A stretch of DNA of 61,901 nt, counting the filler, from Sphacelaria rigidula (Eukaryota): NCBI GenBank assembly GCA_964200075.2. It is 11 parts of 11 records of this genome, joined end to end, with 100 filler letters (N's around TTAATTAATTAA, not from the genome) between each part and the next. Parts side by side here need not be neighbours in the genome. Positions count along the whole stretch, not along the records: positions 50,730 to 56,265 come from CAXNAA020026535.1; positions 56,366 to 61,901 come from CAXNAA020026536.1; 9 more parts are not named here. One strand, given 5' to 3'. Both the position numbers and the translations under genes were made by a program. Position 1 is the first letter of the stretch. Each line of letters starts with the position of its first letter. The notes beneath the pieces are model-generated. The model did not search any database and was not told the origin of the DNA. It was given only the letters and a program-made list of their open reading frames with translations. Positions 50,730 to 61,901 of the stretch are shown piece by piece.

Positions 50730-52106
50730 CGCTTGATGGTGTGCGCTCACATGCGGTCGGCTGGTCACCGTGGTGTGGCGCCGGCTCTGTTTCGTTCGAA
50801 AGAATACTGTGTGTGGCCTCACGTGGATCCCCACGTTCACGAGTTAGTTCACAAGTGTTTGCATTGTGTACTGTAGACACTCGTGCTGGTGCGATTGTAC
50901 CTCGTCCGTATGGCGATACTGTGCATGGAACTGCGCCAGGTGAAGTTGTTCACTTGATTTTCTGTACGTCGGAAGTAGCGGACCTGAAGGTGCTAATGGT
51001 TTGCCTGATGAGGGTGGTTTTCGGTACGTTTTGGTTATCATGGATCATTTGTCCAATTTCGTTTGCTTGGAGCCGACCGGGGCTTGCACCGCCGAGGTTA
51101 CGGCCAAGCGCTTGCTCCATTGGTGCAAGACTTAGGGATGCCGCGTGTGTGGGTTAGTGATACCGCCGCGCACTTCAAGAATCGAGTGATAGCGCAGCTG
51201 AGCGACGCGCTCAAGCTGCAACACCAATTTGCTGTTGCGTATACCCCTTGGTCGAGTGGTGCTTGTGAACTCATGGCGAAAAGGGTTATCCGTGCGTTGC
51301 GGTCCATTTTGTCGGAACACAGACGGCCGGTGTCTAGATGGGTTGATGTTTCGCCAGCCGCCCAGTGGGCGTTGAATACTTCTTTTCGTGAACGCTACTC
51401 TAACACTCCGTATTGTGTAATGTTTGGGCGTGCGCCGCGTACAGCGTTTCCCTCGCTGGTTTCTGCCACTGGCCGCGAGTGGAATGTCGATGTTATGGAT
51501 GCTGATTCGTTGCGGGACAAGGTTCGATGCGTGGTTGACGAGCAAGTGCGGTTTTGTAACGAAGTGCAAGCTACTGTCGCGGTGTCTCGCGAAACCAAAC
51601 GCAAGCTTGCTCAGGGCCAGGCTGTGTTGCCCAAGTTTGCAGTTGACGATTTCGTATTGCATGCCCGTGTTCGCAGGCAAGGTGCGACGCCAAAGTTGAT
51701 GTCTACATGGACAGGTCCGTGGCGAGTGGTCGAAGCCGATCACGCTCACGTGTATTCGGTGCAGAACATTGTTTCTGGCGCCGTGCACTCGGCCCATGTC
51801 GCTCGTTTGCGTTTCTATGCTGACTCGCAGTTGCACATCACTGCGAGACTAAATGATATATTTCAGCATTCGTATGCTCAAGGTGAATGTCGGATGAAGG
51901 CTTCGGTGCACGTCGCTGAGGATGACGATGGTGATGCCATTGTTTTGGTCGATTGGAATGGGTTCAGTGCTGGAGAACGCGCGTGGGAGTCTCTTCGCAA
52001 GATTCATTCTTCTGCGGCTGAATTTGTTTTGAAGAAACTGCGTAAAATGCGGTTGACTCGGGCGCTGACAAGTAAAGTAGCGTCGGAGTATGGTATTTCT
52101 TTGTGA
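50730..52106 (+). mobile_element. Ty3/gypsy integrase with a C-terminal chromodomain (frameshifted)
   Basis: AH...GHRG; YVLVIMDHLSNFV; GMPRVWVSD.AAHF; AYTPWSSG.CE; TPY.VMFGRAP; KLMSTWTGPWRV; VLVDWNGFSAGERAWESL; purine tract at ~52248-52261. Confidence 0.92.
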
Positions 52107-52439
52107 TCTAGCGCACACGATTTCGCCTTGGTTTTTGTTGGTTGTTAAGCTCGTTTGGTTGTCTTGAACTCGCTTTGAGGGTTCTGTAGCCAAGTGATAC
52201 CAAGCCGTAGGATTCAGTGTAATCGCATGCATGACTGGAGCAGTGGCAGGGAAGAGGGGAACCTGGATTGATGACCCTTATCTGTGTGGCCCCTTGCTGT
52301 CTGGCTCATGACGTGGTCTGTTTCTGGATCACTCCGTGATAATAACACGTGAGAAAAAAGGACATGTCGAGCACGAGGCCAGTGCTACTGGAGGAGTCCC
52401 TCGTTGATAGTCCTCTTGTCCAGATCGTCTGGCAGAGTC

Positions 52440-53525
52440 TATAGGTCATACCCAAGTGATACTCTATAACCAAGTATTACTGAGAGCGCTTGCCCAATAT
52501 TGAGTAGAGGATTTGATGTCGTACCCAATCTGCCCAAAATTTGAGTGGCGTATTTGAGGTCATACTTCATCTGCCCAAAAATTGAGTTTTGAGGTCATAC
52601 CCGAGTAATACTCTATAATACTGAATTATTACTGAGAGTGCCTATACCCAAAAAATGATCAGAGTATTTGAGGTCATACCCAATCGCCACAGTAGTTCAG
52701 TTGGTAACCTCGGAACCTCCTCCCGGTTGGATCGTGGGTTCGAATCTCGGTGTAGTCACACGATCTGGGATTTTTTTCCCAAACAATGCCCAACAGTGGA
52801 GAGCGACTATGCCGTGGGTGCACAAAATTTGGTCGACGAAGGAAAGGGACTGCTGGACCCCTCTCGCGATAAAAAACAAAGGCAAGCACCGCAGAAGGAA
52901 GATGAAGAACTAAAACAGCTATAAAAGAAAAACCTCTTGTGTTGACCTTTCTCCTGTGTGACCCCGGCTGGTACCCCACATATACCGGAAGGTATAAACC
53001 AGCGTCTAGAATAGATGGGATGACAAAACACACACAACACAGTCCGGGAAGTGACGTCACGAAGTCGCCGACGGCCACGGTTACTCATCATAGCCAAGTG
53101 ATACTTTATACCTGAGTATTATATATAAGTGAGAGTGCTCACCCAATGTGAGGGTTCAAGGTCGTACTCGATCTACCCAAAAATTGAGTAGAGTATTGAG
53201 GTCATACTCAATCTACCCAAAAAATGAATAGAGTATTGAAGTTATACCCAAGTGATACTCTATACTCAAGTATTGTTGAGAGTACTTATACCCAAAATTG
53301 AGAAGAGTGTTGAGGTCATACCCAAGTGATGCTCTATACTTGAGTATTACTGAGAGTACCCACCCATAATTTGAGTAGGGTATTTGAGGTCGTACTCAAT
53401 CTAACCGAACTTCGAGTAGAGTATATGAGGCCGCACCTAATCTACCCAAAAACTGAGTAGAGTACATACTCGGGTATTTTACCCGAGTACGAGTATTCAA
53501 GAGTACATCCCTTGACCTGCCCTTG
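52440..53525. mobile_element. hAT-type non-autonomous element built from internal gaggtcatacccaa repeats, with a SINE nested at 52684-53040
   Basis: Right end GACCTGCCCTTG and internal repeats are shared with 55223-55715. Confidence 0.7.
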
Positions 53526-54094
53526 AACAGTTCACGGTTGGAGCTGCTCCTGTCCTGGTTCCGTCACCGGTTCACATGCCATACAAGCACTGTAATCGCT
53601 CCGCACATACAATACAGCGACCTCCGTAACAGTCAGTACTGACCGTTGATTGTTGTCAACAGCCCAAATAATGCGGAACTGAACAGGTAGTGCTGACCCC
53701 AACCCCAACCCCAACCCCAACTCAAGGCATAATGATAACCCCTCATCAAGGGGGGCGCAGAAGGTGCCTTCGCCAAAGTGAGGGTTGGCAGAGCTCAAAT
53801 CCGTGCCGATGTGTGCGCCAGCGCGTTCTGCGTACGGCGGGAGCACTCGGGACTATCAGCGCCCCAAGATCCGAATCTCGATATCCAGACTAGAATCGAG
53901 TACGTTTCAATCGTTGATTTGGGTATACGAGCTGGGGTGAACTCTATCGATTGGTGATGCCGATGAGTAGGGCCTCTTACGCGCAGTGACAAGGGCGGAT
54001 AGAGTAATGTGGACGGCCTGATGACTGCAGTCAGGGTAGTCTCAGATCACCGGGACTGAGATAACCGAAGATGATATTCACCGAGGTTGTGTTC

Positions 54095-55145
54095 TGTAGG
54101 GTACGGGTATGATCGGTAGGGTATGAGATTCCTTACAGAACTTTTGGGTGCCGGTATACAAGCTTTCCAGAACCTACAGACCCTGTCGGGTACGGTATGG
54201 GAGGCTTACAGAACCCAGAGAACTTGTCGGGCAGGGTATAAAGGTTGCACGGAAAGCCGAACCCGTAACCGGGTATTGTCACGAGGGTATACCCGTGCGG
54301 TATCAACGGTAGGGTATGAGATTCCTAACTTACAGAACTTTGGGGGACCGGTATAAAGTCTCCCACAAGTTACAGAACCTGTCGGGTACGGTATGGGAGA
54401 CTTACAGAACTCACAGAACTTGTCGGGTAGGGTGCAAAGGTTGCATGGAAAACCGAACCGGCAACCGGGTATTTTCATAAGGGTGTACCGCCCTGGTTAG
54501 GGGTAAACATCTTGTACAGAACTCACAGAAATATTGGGCAAGGGTATGGGAGGCTTACAGAACCCACACAACTGTCGGATAGGGGTATGAAAGTCTACAT
54601 AGGTTACAGAACTCTCACGTACCCGTGTGAACGTCTTTCAGAAGTCACAATAATGTCCAGTTCGGGTAATAGCCGGTATGGTATGGATGTGTCGTTTTGA
54701 GTGCATGAGAGGGGTTTAACCGATGCGAATTTGGGGTACTAGTTCAGGTTACACACTGTGTCGGGATTGAGCTATATCCATACCTCTCCAGGGCATGTAC
54801 CTGTGCTCGTACCTGTTTCGTGTATATCTACAAGAGTATACCCTATCCCCGCGCAGGGGTGTGGGAGGCTCCCAGACCATACAGGATTGTCGAGCAGGGG
54901 TATGAAAGTCTTGAAGAAGTTTCAGAATTGTTGGGTACCGGCATGAAGTCTCACAGAAGTTACGGAACTTGTCGGGTAGGGTATGAACCTTGCACAAAAA
55001 ACCGTGCCCCTGGTGAGGGTATGGAAGGCTTACAGGAGTCACAGAACTATCGGTTAGGCGTATGAAAGTCTTGCAGAAGTCACAGAACTGTTGGGTACCG
55101 GTATGAAAGTCTTACAGAAGTCAAAAGCTGTCGGATACGGGTAAT
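54095..55145. repeat. Degenerate tandem repeats of ttacagaac / gtcgggtacggtatg / gggtatga motifs
   Basis: Many imperfect copies read directly. Confidence 0.8.
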
Positions 55146-55222
55146 AGAGAGTTTCGGAAAATGTTTTTTCGCATCGCAAAGTCAGAGTGGAAGAACTTCA
55201 GAGTGGAAGCTTTTTAAAGTTC

Positions 55223-55715
55223 CAGGGGCAGGTCAGGTAGGGTATGCCCGATACTCGGTATTTTTTTGATGTCATACTCTTAGTACCCAAACACATGGGT
55301 GGAGTATTGAAAGTGTTCCCAGCCTACTCAAAAATATAGTAGAGCTTTTTAGGTCATACCCAAGTAATATATATACCTGAGTATTGCTGAGAGTGCTTAC
55401 ACAATGTTTGGGTAGAGTATTTAAGGTCGTACCCAATCTACCTGACATTTGCGTAGAGTATTTGAAGTCGTACCCCATCTACGCAAAAATTGGATAAAGT
55501 ATTTGAGGTCGTGCTCAAGCTACCCAAAATTTGGGTCGAGTATGGAGGCCATACCCAAGAGATACTCTAAACTCCATTTTTGCTAAGGGTATTTACCCAA
55601 TATTTGGGTAGAGTATTTGAGGCCGTACCCAATATACCCAAACCTTGGGTAGAGCAAGTACCCGGGTATTTTACCCGAGTTTTCAAAAATACACGCCTTA
55701 CCCGACCTGCCCTTG
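55223..55715. mobile_element. hAT-type MITE with an 8-bp TSD
   Basis: taaagttc|CAGGGGCAGGTC...GACCTGCCCTTG|gaaagttc (TSD 7/8 identical). Confidence 0.8.
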
Positions 55716-56431
55716 GAAAGTTCAGAGTGGACGCTGAAAAGTTCACAGCGAAAGCTGATGTGACGTGGCTTGACGTGGATTTTTCTTGTCAGTGATTGGC
55801 CACAGGTTGCCCCGCCGAATGTGCGATCGACCAGCGCCCAGTTCGAAAATGCATAGATCAGCACAGCACTGACTGTACAATAGCAGTCGCGAGTCTGTTT
55901 TGCCCTGTACCCTGCGGCACCGCACCACACCGCACACTGCGTTTCACTACACTTGCACTACGGTGTTTTACCGGGCACTGTAACGCTGCGCAGTACTGTA
56001 TAGAGTACAGACAGTGCAGTACAGACAATGCAACGCAGAACTCTTCAGCACTGCGGTAAGGTAAAGTGAAGCGATACCGTACAGACAGTACGGCAGCATT
56101 CCCAGACAGACAAAGCCGCATGGCAACGATTTTGCAGCATGCCACCCGTAACGGCGGTGCAAGACGTCATGACCTCTGAACCATGCTACGATAGGGGGGG
56201 GTGTACTCATGATCATCCATGCCATAGTCATCAGACCATTGACCTCGCATCCCTACAAAGTCCGGNNNNNNNNNNNNNNNNNNNNNNNNNNNNNNNNNNN
56301 NNNNNNNNNTTAATTAATTAANNNNNNNNNNNNNNNNNNNNNNNNNNNNNNNNNNNNNNNNNNNNGAAAGAAAGGAAGAGAGAAGATAATAAAGGACAAA
56401 AAACAGGAAAAGACAGGTACCCGTCAGTTTT

Positions 56432-56685
56432 GACACTTTCTAGGATACCCCCCCCCCCCCAAAGGGCCTGGTTTGGAGAGGCGAAATCTTGACGTAAATC
56501 AAAATGGAAAGAGCACAGCACAACGAGCAGCTGGGAATTCCCTCGCTTGGGTTCGTTCTCGCCAATGTCGCCCATATGAGGTGCTTCATGCAACCTGAAC
56601 CCAAACATCAGGCACTTCATGTCCATATTTTTCGTGACACTTTTGCGCTGGTTTGGCGGGGGGGGGTGCTATCGTAGAAAGTGTC
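56432..56685. mobile_element. ~255-bp MITE with GACACTTTCTA TIRs and a 4-bp TSD (TTTT)
   Basis: tttt|GACACTTTCTAGGATA(C)n...(G)nTGCTATCGTAGAAAGTGTC|tttt. Confidence 0.85.
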
Positions 56686-58420
56686 TTTTGTAATTTCTGT
56701 ACGATTTTCATACCGGTACCCGATATTTCTGTATCTTATGTAAGGACTCTCATAACCTCCAGAACATACCCGTACCCTACCGAAGACAACCTTGGAAATT
56801 TGGGGCCGTATGGAGACTCGCTAGAGCAAAAATAAAATAAAATAAACTGCAGTTCCGTGATATTTTTCATTCGTTTCTTGGGGACGTTTTAGTGAAAAAT
56901 GGACAATATTTCTGGCCTTTATCTCAGTTTCTCAGCTCAATTTGTAGAAATGCGATTAACACTTAAGTATGAAAAATCGCAAGGGCATACCGAAAACAAA
57001 CGAAAAGTGGGCAGTCATTTTTTTTTATTGGTACGAAAGTTGAGCACGTTCTCGTGAAAAAATGGTCTCCACTACACTATACTCAAACGTGCTTGACTCG
57101 TGAAAAACAAATATTGTCCTATTTTTTTGTTCATTATGCCCCAGCGATGTCCCACTCGAAGTTTCAAAGCACGAGTACCAAACCCGGGCCGGTAAGTGGC
57201 CTGCAAAATACTGTTCCGAATTTCGATCGCCCCGGGTTCTAAATCGCCCGTTCTCACCTTAATTTTGAGAGTTGGAATTTTAGATTCCGTGTGGGGAATG
57301 AATAGGGCATAATAAAAGGTATTGTAATACGCTGGCACAGGAATTTCTTTTTCATAACTTGAAGGCACTGATGAACGTCCAGTGTTCAGTCAAATGTCCG
57401 TCAACTCATGAAAGCAATCTTCGTGTCCCGGCGTGTTTTTTTGTCATTATTATGCCTTACTCATTCCCGATACTAAATTTGGAAATCCAGCTCTTGACAT
57501 TGGGGTGAAAATGGACCTGCAACCTGCAGATTCGCTTCCAGGCTGACCCAGCCTGTAGTACCAGTAGGTCCTACCATTTGGTCGTACACCATGGTTAGTG
57601 CTTGATTTTACTTTATTTGAGACTGAACCCCAATGTGAAGAGGGACTGACAGACCCACGTGCTCCTAGCTCGTCCAGAACGTGTTTTCGTCCAAAAGCGG
57701 TGCCGCAGGCGCCGACCTGAGGTCTCGTTACGCACACTTTGCCTAGGAAACACTTTGCAACCCCCTTTCCCGAGGGTTCCCGGCATGCCTTCGTCCGGGT
57801 TAGGGTTAGGGTCAGCGTTAGGGTTGGCGGCACCTCCATAGTATCAGCCATTGTGTACGACCAATGGGTAAGGTCCCCTGTATAGTGCGGTCGGCGTGAA
57901 ACATGTCGAAATAAATCAAGTTTGAACGCATGAGATGACGCCAGCGATACTGAATTAGGGAATGATGAGGGTCTCCTTCCTCCTTGGCACATTGCGTTTC
58001 CGCTATTGAGCATGGCATCTTTTTTCTGCGCGCATGTTTCCCCCTTCCTTCGGGATACGGTACAGTACAGTACATACTACGGTAGCCTGTGTCGAACTGT
58101 CGACGTCTCGTGCTCGGTAATTGGTAGAGAGACACAGTACTGTATCATCTCGCCATGTCTCTTTACAAGTTCGGGAGCAGTGCGATGAGACACAGACTGA
58201 TGGAGCCCAGTGGGGTGTTGAGGACGTGCACGCTCAAGGCACATCTAACATTGAAGAAAGTCGGTATCCCCTGTTCGGCACGATTGGATGCCTCATGTCC
58301 AGCCCACAATGTTGCTGGCATACAGCTACCAGTTCGCATAATGAGTTTTGCCCAAACCAAACTCAAGAACAGTGAGACGTGGTACAGTGTCCCGATCGAT
58401 ATCCGCGGCTGGCTGTTCCG

Positions 58421-59901
58421 TAGAGGTGGGCACCGGATACCAAAAACAAAAAACCGGTTACCCGATAAGAGGCGTCATTATGAAAAACAAGAAAACGGTT
58501 TAACCGGTTTCTTTCAGCAGGTTTAACCGGTTCACCGGGAAACCGGGGTAACCTGATGAGCAAGGGGAAACGCCTTCAACTGATTGAAGCGCAGGTGAAT
58601 TAGGCGTTGTTGTCGTGTGTTTCGTGTGTGGTGGGTGATGGATATGCTCAAACGCACCCGTTCATTGCCGGTGACGGCAAGTTCAATCCCACACCTCCGC
58701 ACCCGTGCAACACCTGTCGAACGTATAGCACAGTGACTGGTGACAACGATCTCAGTGCGTGATGGGAAATAATGTTGATCACTTGAACAGCTGCTGTTCA
58801 AATCTGGCACCTAACCTTAGCCAACACAGGGTGTCGAAGGGAAAACTATTGTAGAAGGCGCCTGACTGTTCATCTTGTAATTTCTTCGTAAAAGGCCATT
58901 TCTCGGCTCTTTCGCTTGCCACCGCTCATCACATTGTGGATCTGAAGATACTTGTATCCCCTCCACATTCCAAGGAAAAAAATAATGTGTATTCAATATT
59001 GAGCGACTTACGTGCTTACCATTCATCGGGGGTCCTACCACTTTTCAGCCCAGATTATAACTCTTCGATATTTTCGGTCGATCGAGCCTATCCCGATCGT
59101 ATGTGTGAAGAAATGTACTGGCTTGTCCTTTTGAAAATTCACCTACTCATTGCACTATTATAGGGCCGAATAACTGTATTTCACGGTCAATAAACCCTCC
59201 TGATGAACGGGGTATCTACTCCTATCGCCCGATAACACCAACTAACACTAACTTGGGCACTGTGTTTTGAGGACGATCTACTCATTTTGCCAAAATCTAC
59301 CGACGCCAGCACTTTCGAGAGAAAATCCAAAACAACCCCGAAGAGTGGAGGCGCCCGGCACTGTATGCACCCCACACCCCGCCCGCCCTTGCAACCCAAT
59401 GTGCAACGATACGAGAGAGGAGCAGGGGTCATGCCACTCCTCAACTTCAAAATTCGCAATTGAACCGTTTGACACTTTCTACAATACCCCCCCCCCCCCC
59501 AAAAAAACAAATGCCTCGTTTGGAGTGGCAAAATCTTCGCGTAAATCGAAATGAAAGAAGCCGAGCACAACGAGCAGCTGGGAATTCCCACGCTTGGGTT
59601 CGTTCTCGCCAATGTTGCCCATGTGAGACGCTTCATGCAGCCTGAACTTGAACATCAGGCGCTGTATGACCATTTTTTTCGTGACACTTCTAGGGTGGTT
59701 TTGGGGGGGGCTATCGTAGAAAGTGTCGTTTACACCGGATCATCGGAGAAACCGGTTCAACCGCCATAATAACGCCTCCTTTTCCCGGTTTTCCGGTGAA
59801 CCGGTTTGACCAGGCAAAAAACTAACCGTAACCGGTAAACGCCTATTGGGGTCTCCAATAACCAGTTACAACCGTTTTTGTTTTGGAAGTGCCCACCTCT
59901 A
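58421..59901. mobile_element. Non-autonomous hAT element with an 8-bp TSD and subterminal AACCGGTT repeats
   Basis: ctgttccg|TAGAGGTGGGCAC...GTGCCCACCTCTA|ccgttccg (TSD 7/8 identical). Confidence 0.85.
59471..59727. mobile_element. Second copy of the GACAC MITE, nested in the hAT element, 4-bp TSD GTTT
   Basis: gttt|GACACTTTCTAC...GTAGAAAGTGTC|gttt; interior closely similar to 56432-56685. Confidence 0.88.
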
Positions 59902-61832
59902 CCGTTCCGTCACATCTTTATCGCATTGCTGTTCATTCTCAGGCCCCTACCGCACTAGAAACTACAGCTACACTCTTGTCAGGAGGGGACGTCAAGGGGA
60001 ATCTTAGGGAGCGGGAGCTACGACGTATTCCCCGGCGGGCTGTTTGCGTAGGAGATACCAACGCCAGCTTGCAGGATATGAGGAAATTTGTTTCAAACTA
60101 CCCTGACCGCTTGTCTCTTGTGTCCAACAGCTGTGTCACTTTCGTGGATGCCTTCATCGCCCGACATAAGATGGGCTGATTGTATAAAGTAAGTGGTGCG
60201 GCGTATTTATATGCGGCTGCTGCGGGGAGCAGCGAGACTGTGTTCGGGGAGGCGGGGGTAATGATCGCCTCGTAGGTGGGCTCTCCATGGCACTTCCTTG
60301 TCGGTTCATTCAGGATCTATCTGGATTATACTAAGGCACCCCACGGAGACCGTCAACAGCCAGTGGTCTTCAAGAGCGCCCCTCTGGAATGCCAACGCTT
60401 CCAGCTTCTGCTTCATATGACGCGAGTGTGATGGAGTGCTACATGTGGGTGCTTGGATGGCAAATTCAGTAGACCTTACGAACTGTACGTAAACAATGGT
60501 TGGTACTCTATTTTATTTTATTTCAGAGTGTACAGAGTTCTGAGAAAATTCATGGTCTGGGGCAGGTAAGCAGTGGTGAGCGGTAGACCCAGATCGTCCA
60601 GAACGTGTTTGCGTCCAAAATCGGCTCAAAGGCGTCGATTTGAGCTCTGGCAAAGCACACTTTGCCTAGGAAACGCTCTGCACCCCTTGCCCGAGGGTTC
60701 TTGGTATGCCTTGGTCGGGGTTACGGCTACCGTTAGCGGTATCTTTTTTGTATCAACCATTGTTTACGAACAGTTCGTCAGGTCGCCTCGGGAAATTCTC
60801 GCCCCGGAGAGGGGACGGCAGGCTTGGCGCCACCAGCAACATTGGACCTCGTCCAAGCACAATTTGACAGCATGCAAAAGTACATACAACGAAAAGATCT
60901 CTCATCAGTGTGGTTTGGCCTGCGCAGGGTGCCAAAAAAGCCAAGTGGCTGCCGTCATGAAAAACCCGAAGAATATTACTTCTCGAGACGAGTGATTGAA
61001 TGAACTTAAAATGCCCCCGCGGCGTGGGTTACCGCTGCTCATCGCGCGCAAGGGCAAAATGAAAGCATCTATTGGACTGCTCAACACACCGCGAGGAAAC
61101 GTGCAACACAATTCTACACAACAGCAGAAACCAACAACCCTATCCGCACTTCTTGTCATCGAGTTACCGTGGCGGGAGAGATTCTGCGTCTTTCAATCCC
61201 CGCTTCCAACTTTCTGCTAAACGATGCTCCACAACGGATACGACAGCTTCACAAAATCCGTTCGGGCTGCATGTATAAGGCCACGGCCCGACGATCGACC
61301 TTGCCGAAAAAATGTACTCCAACTGCCTAAGGCAGGTCGTGGTGTGTACATAGCTCTGTATCTTGACCCCAATTCACGGAACCAGCAGCCAGGCATCCTA
61401 TCGACTATCGCAGTCACCATTGGTACTGTAAATCAGCATTTATCTGACAACTCTAGTTGTCTCGTTAACGGGCATACTATGGTCGATGACTTCACGATAG
61501 TAATAGTGACGTGCACCCTGAGCTGTTACTGCAGCAAGCACCATCGAGGGGACGGAGAGGCAAACACACTGCTGCCACAAGGGTCATCCATCAGCGGTGG
61601 CCAATCGCTTCTCCCCACTGCCGCCACAGACGTACCTCCGTCAGGTCGACACTTTATACCGATGGACGCTTTTTCATAAAACTACAGTGAGGACAAGGTA
61701 AAGACATGGTACGCAGATGTTATTTTGACGGCATGGGGTGAAAGGAGCGAACGTTCTGATTGACCGATGACAAATAGCCCGCCCCAAACACGGTGGATGG
61801 CGTCAGATGTAGACGAAGATTGTTCGACCCAT

Positions 61833-61901
61833 GACACTTTTTACGATAGCCCCCCCCCCCAAAACCAGCTAAAAGTGTCACGAAAAAAATGGTCATAAAG
61901 C
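61833..61901 (-). mobile_element. Third, partial and inverted copy of the GACAC MITE
   Basis: gacactttttacgatagc(C)naaaaccag.taaaagtgtcacgaaaaaaatgg matches the reverse complement of the right end of the other copies. Confidence 0.85.

Noticed and set aside
52261..52440. 3' LTR of the second gypsy element
   Set aside because: A purine tract is present, but no TG start follows it directly and no second LTR is available for comparison.
52440..55715. CRISPR-like or regulatory repeat arrays
   Set aside because: Irregular degenerate repeats, bounded in part by hAT-type TIRs and an 8-bp TSD; no unique spacers.

Overview
This window is not one locus. It is 11 unrelated contigs of almost identical length (five of 5537 bp, then six of 5536 bp) joined by artificial 100-bp N/TTAATTAATTAA/N spacers, so nothing can be inferred across gaps. 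The DNA is eukaryotic and rich in introns and repeats; a brown alga (Phaeophyceae) is inferred. Host genes: three spliced exons of cytosolic Phe-tRNA synthetase beta, a probable ALG6-like exon and one unidentified GC-rich ORF. Most of the rest is mobile DNA: a near-complete Ngaro/DIRS-type tyrosine-recombinase retrotransposon (RT-RNase H-YR) whose pol frame begins with a coding 27-bp repeat array, two Ty3/gypsy fragments (one ending in chromo-like plus Tudor-like domains), LINE fragments with a C-tract 3' end shared by a short element, tRNA-derived SINEs, and hAT elements and MITEs with readable target-site duplications, including a hAT-like element with an apparent 5-bp TSD. A Bacteroidota-like DUF1080 fragment sits at the window start. 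Domain calls come from motif recognition by eye, not from database searches.
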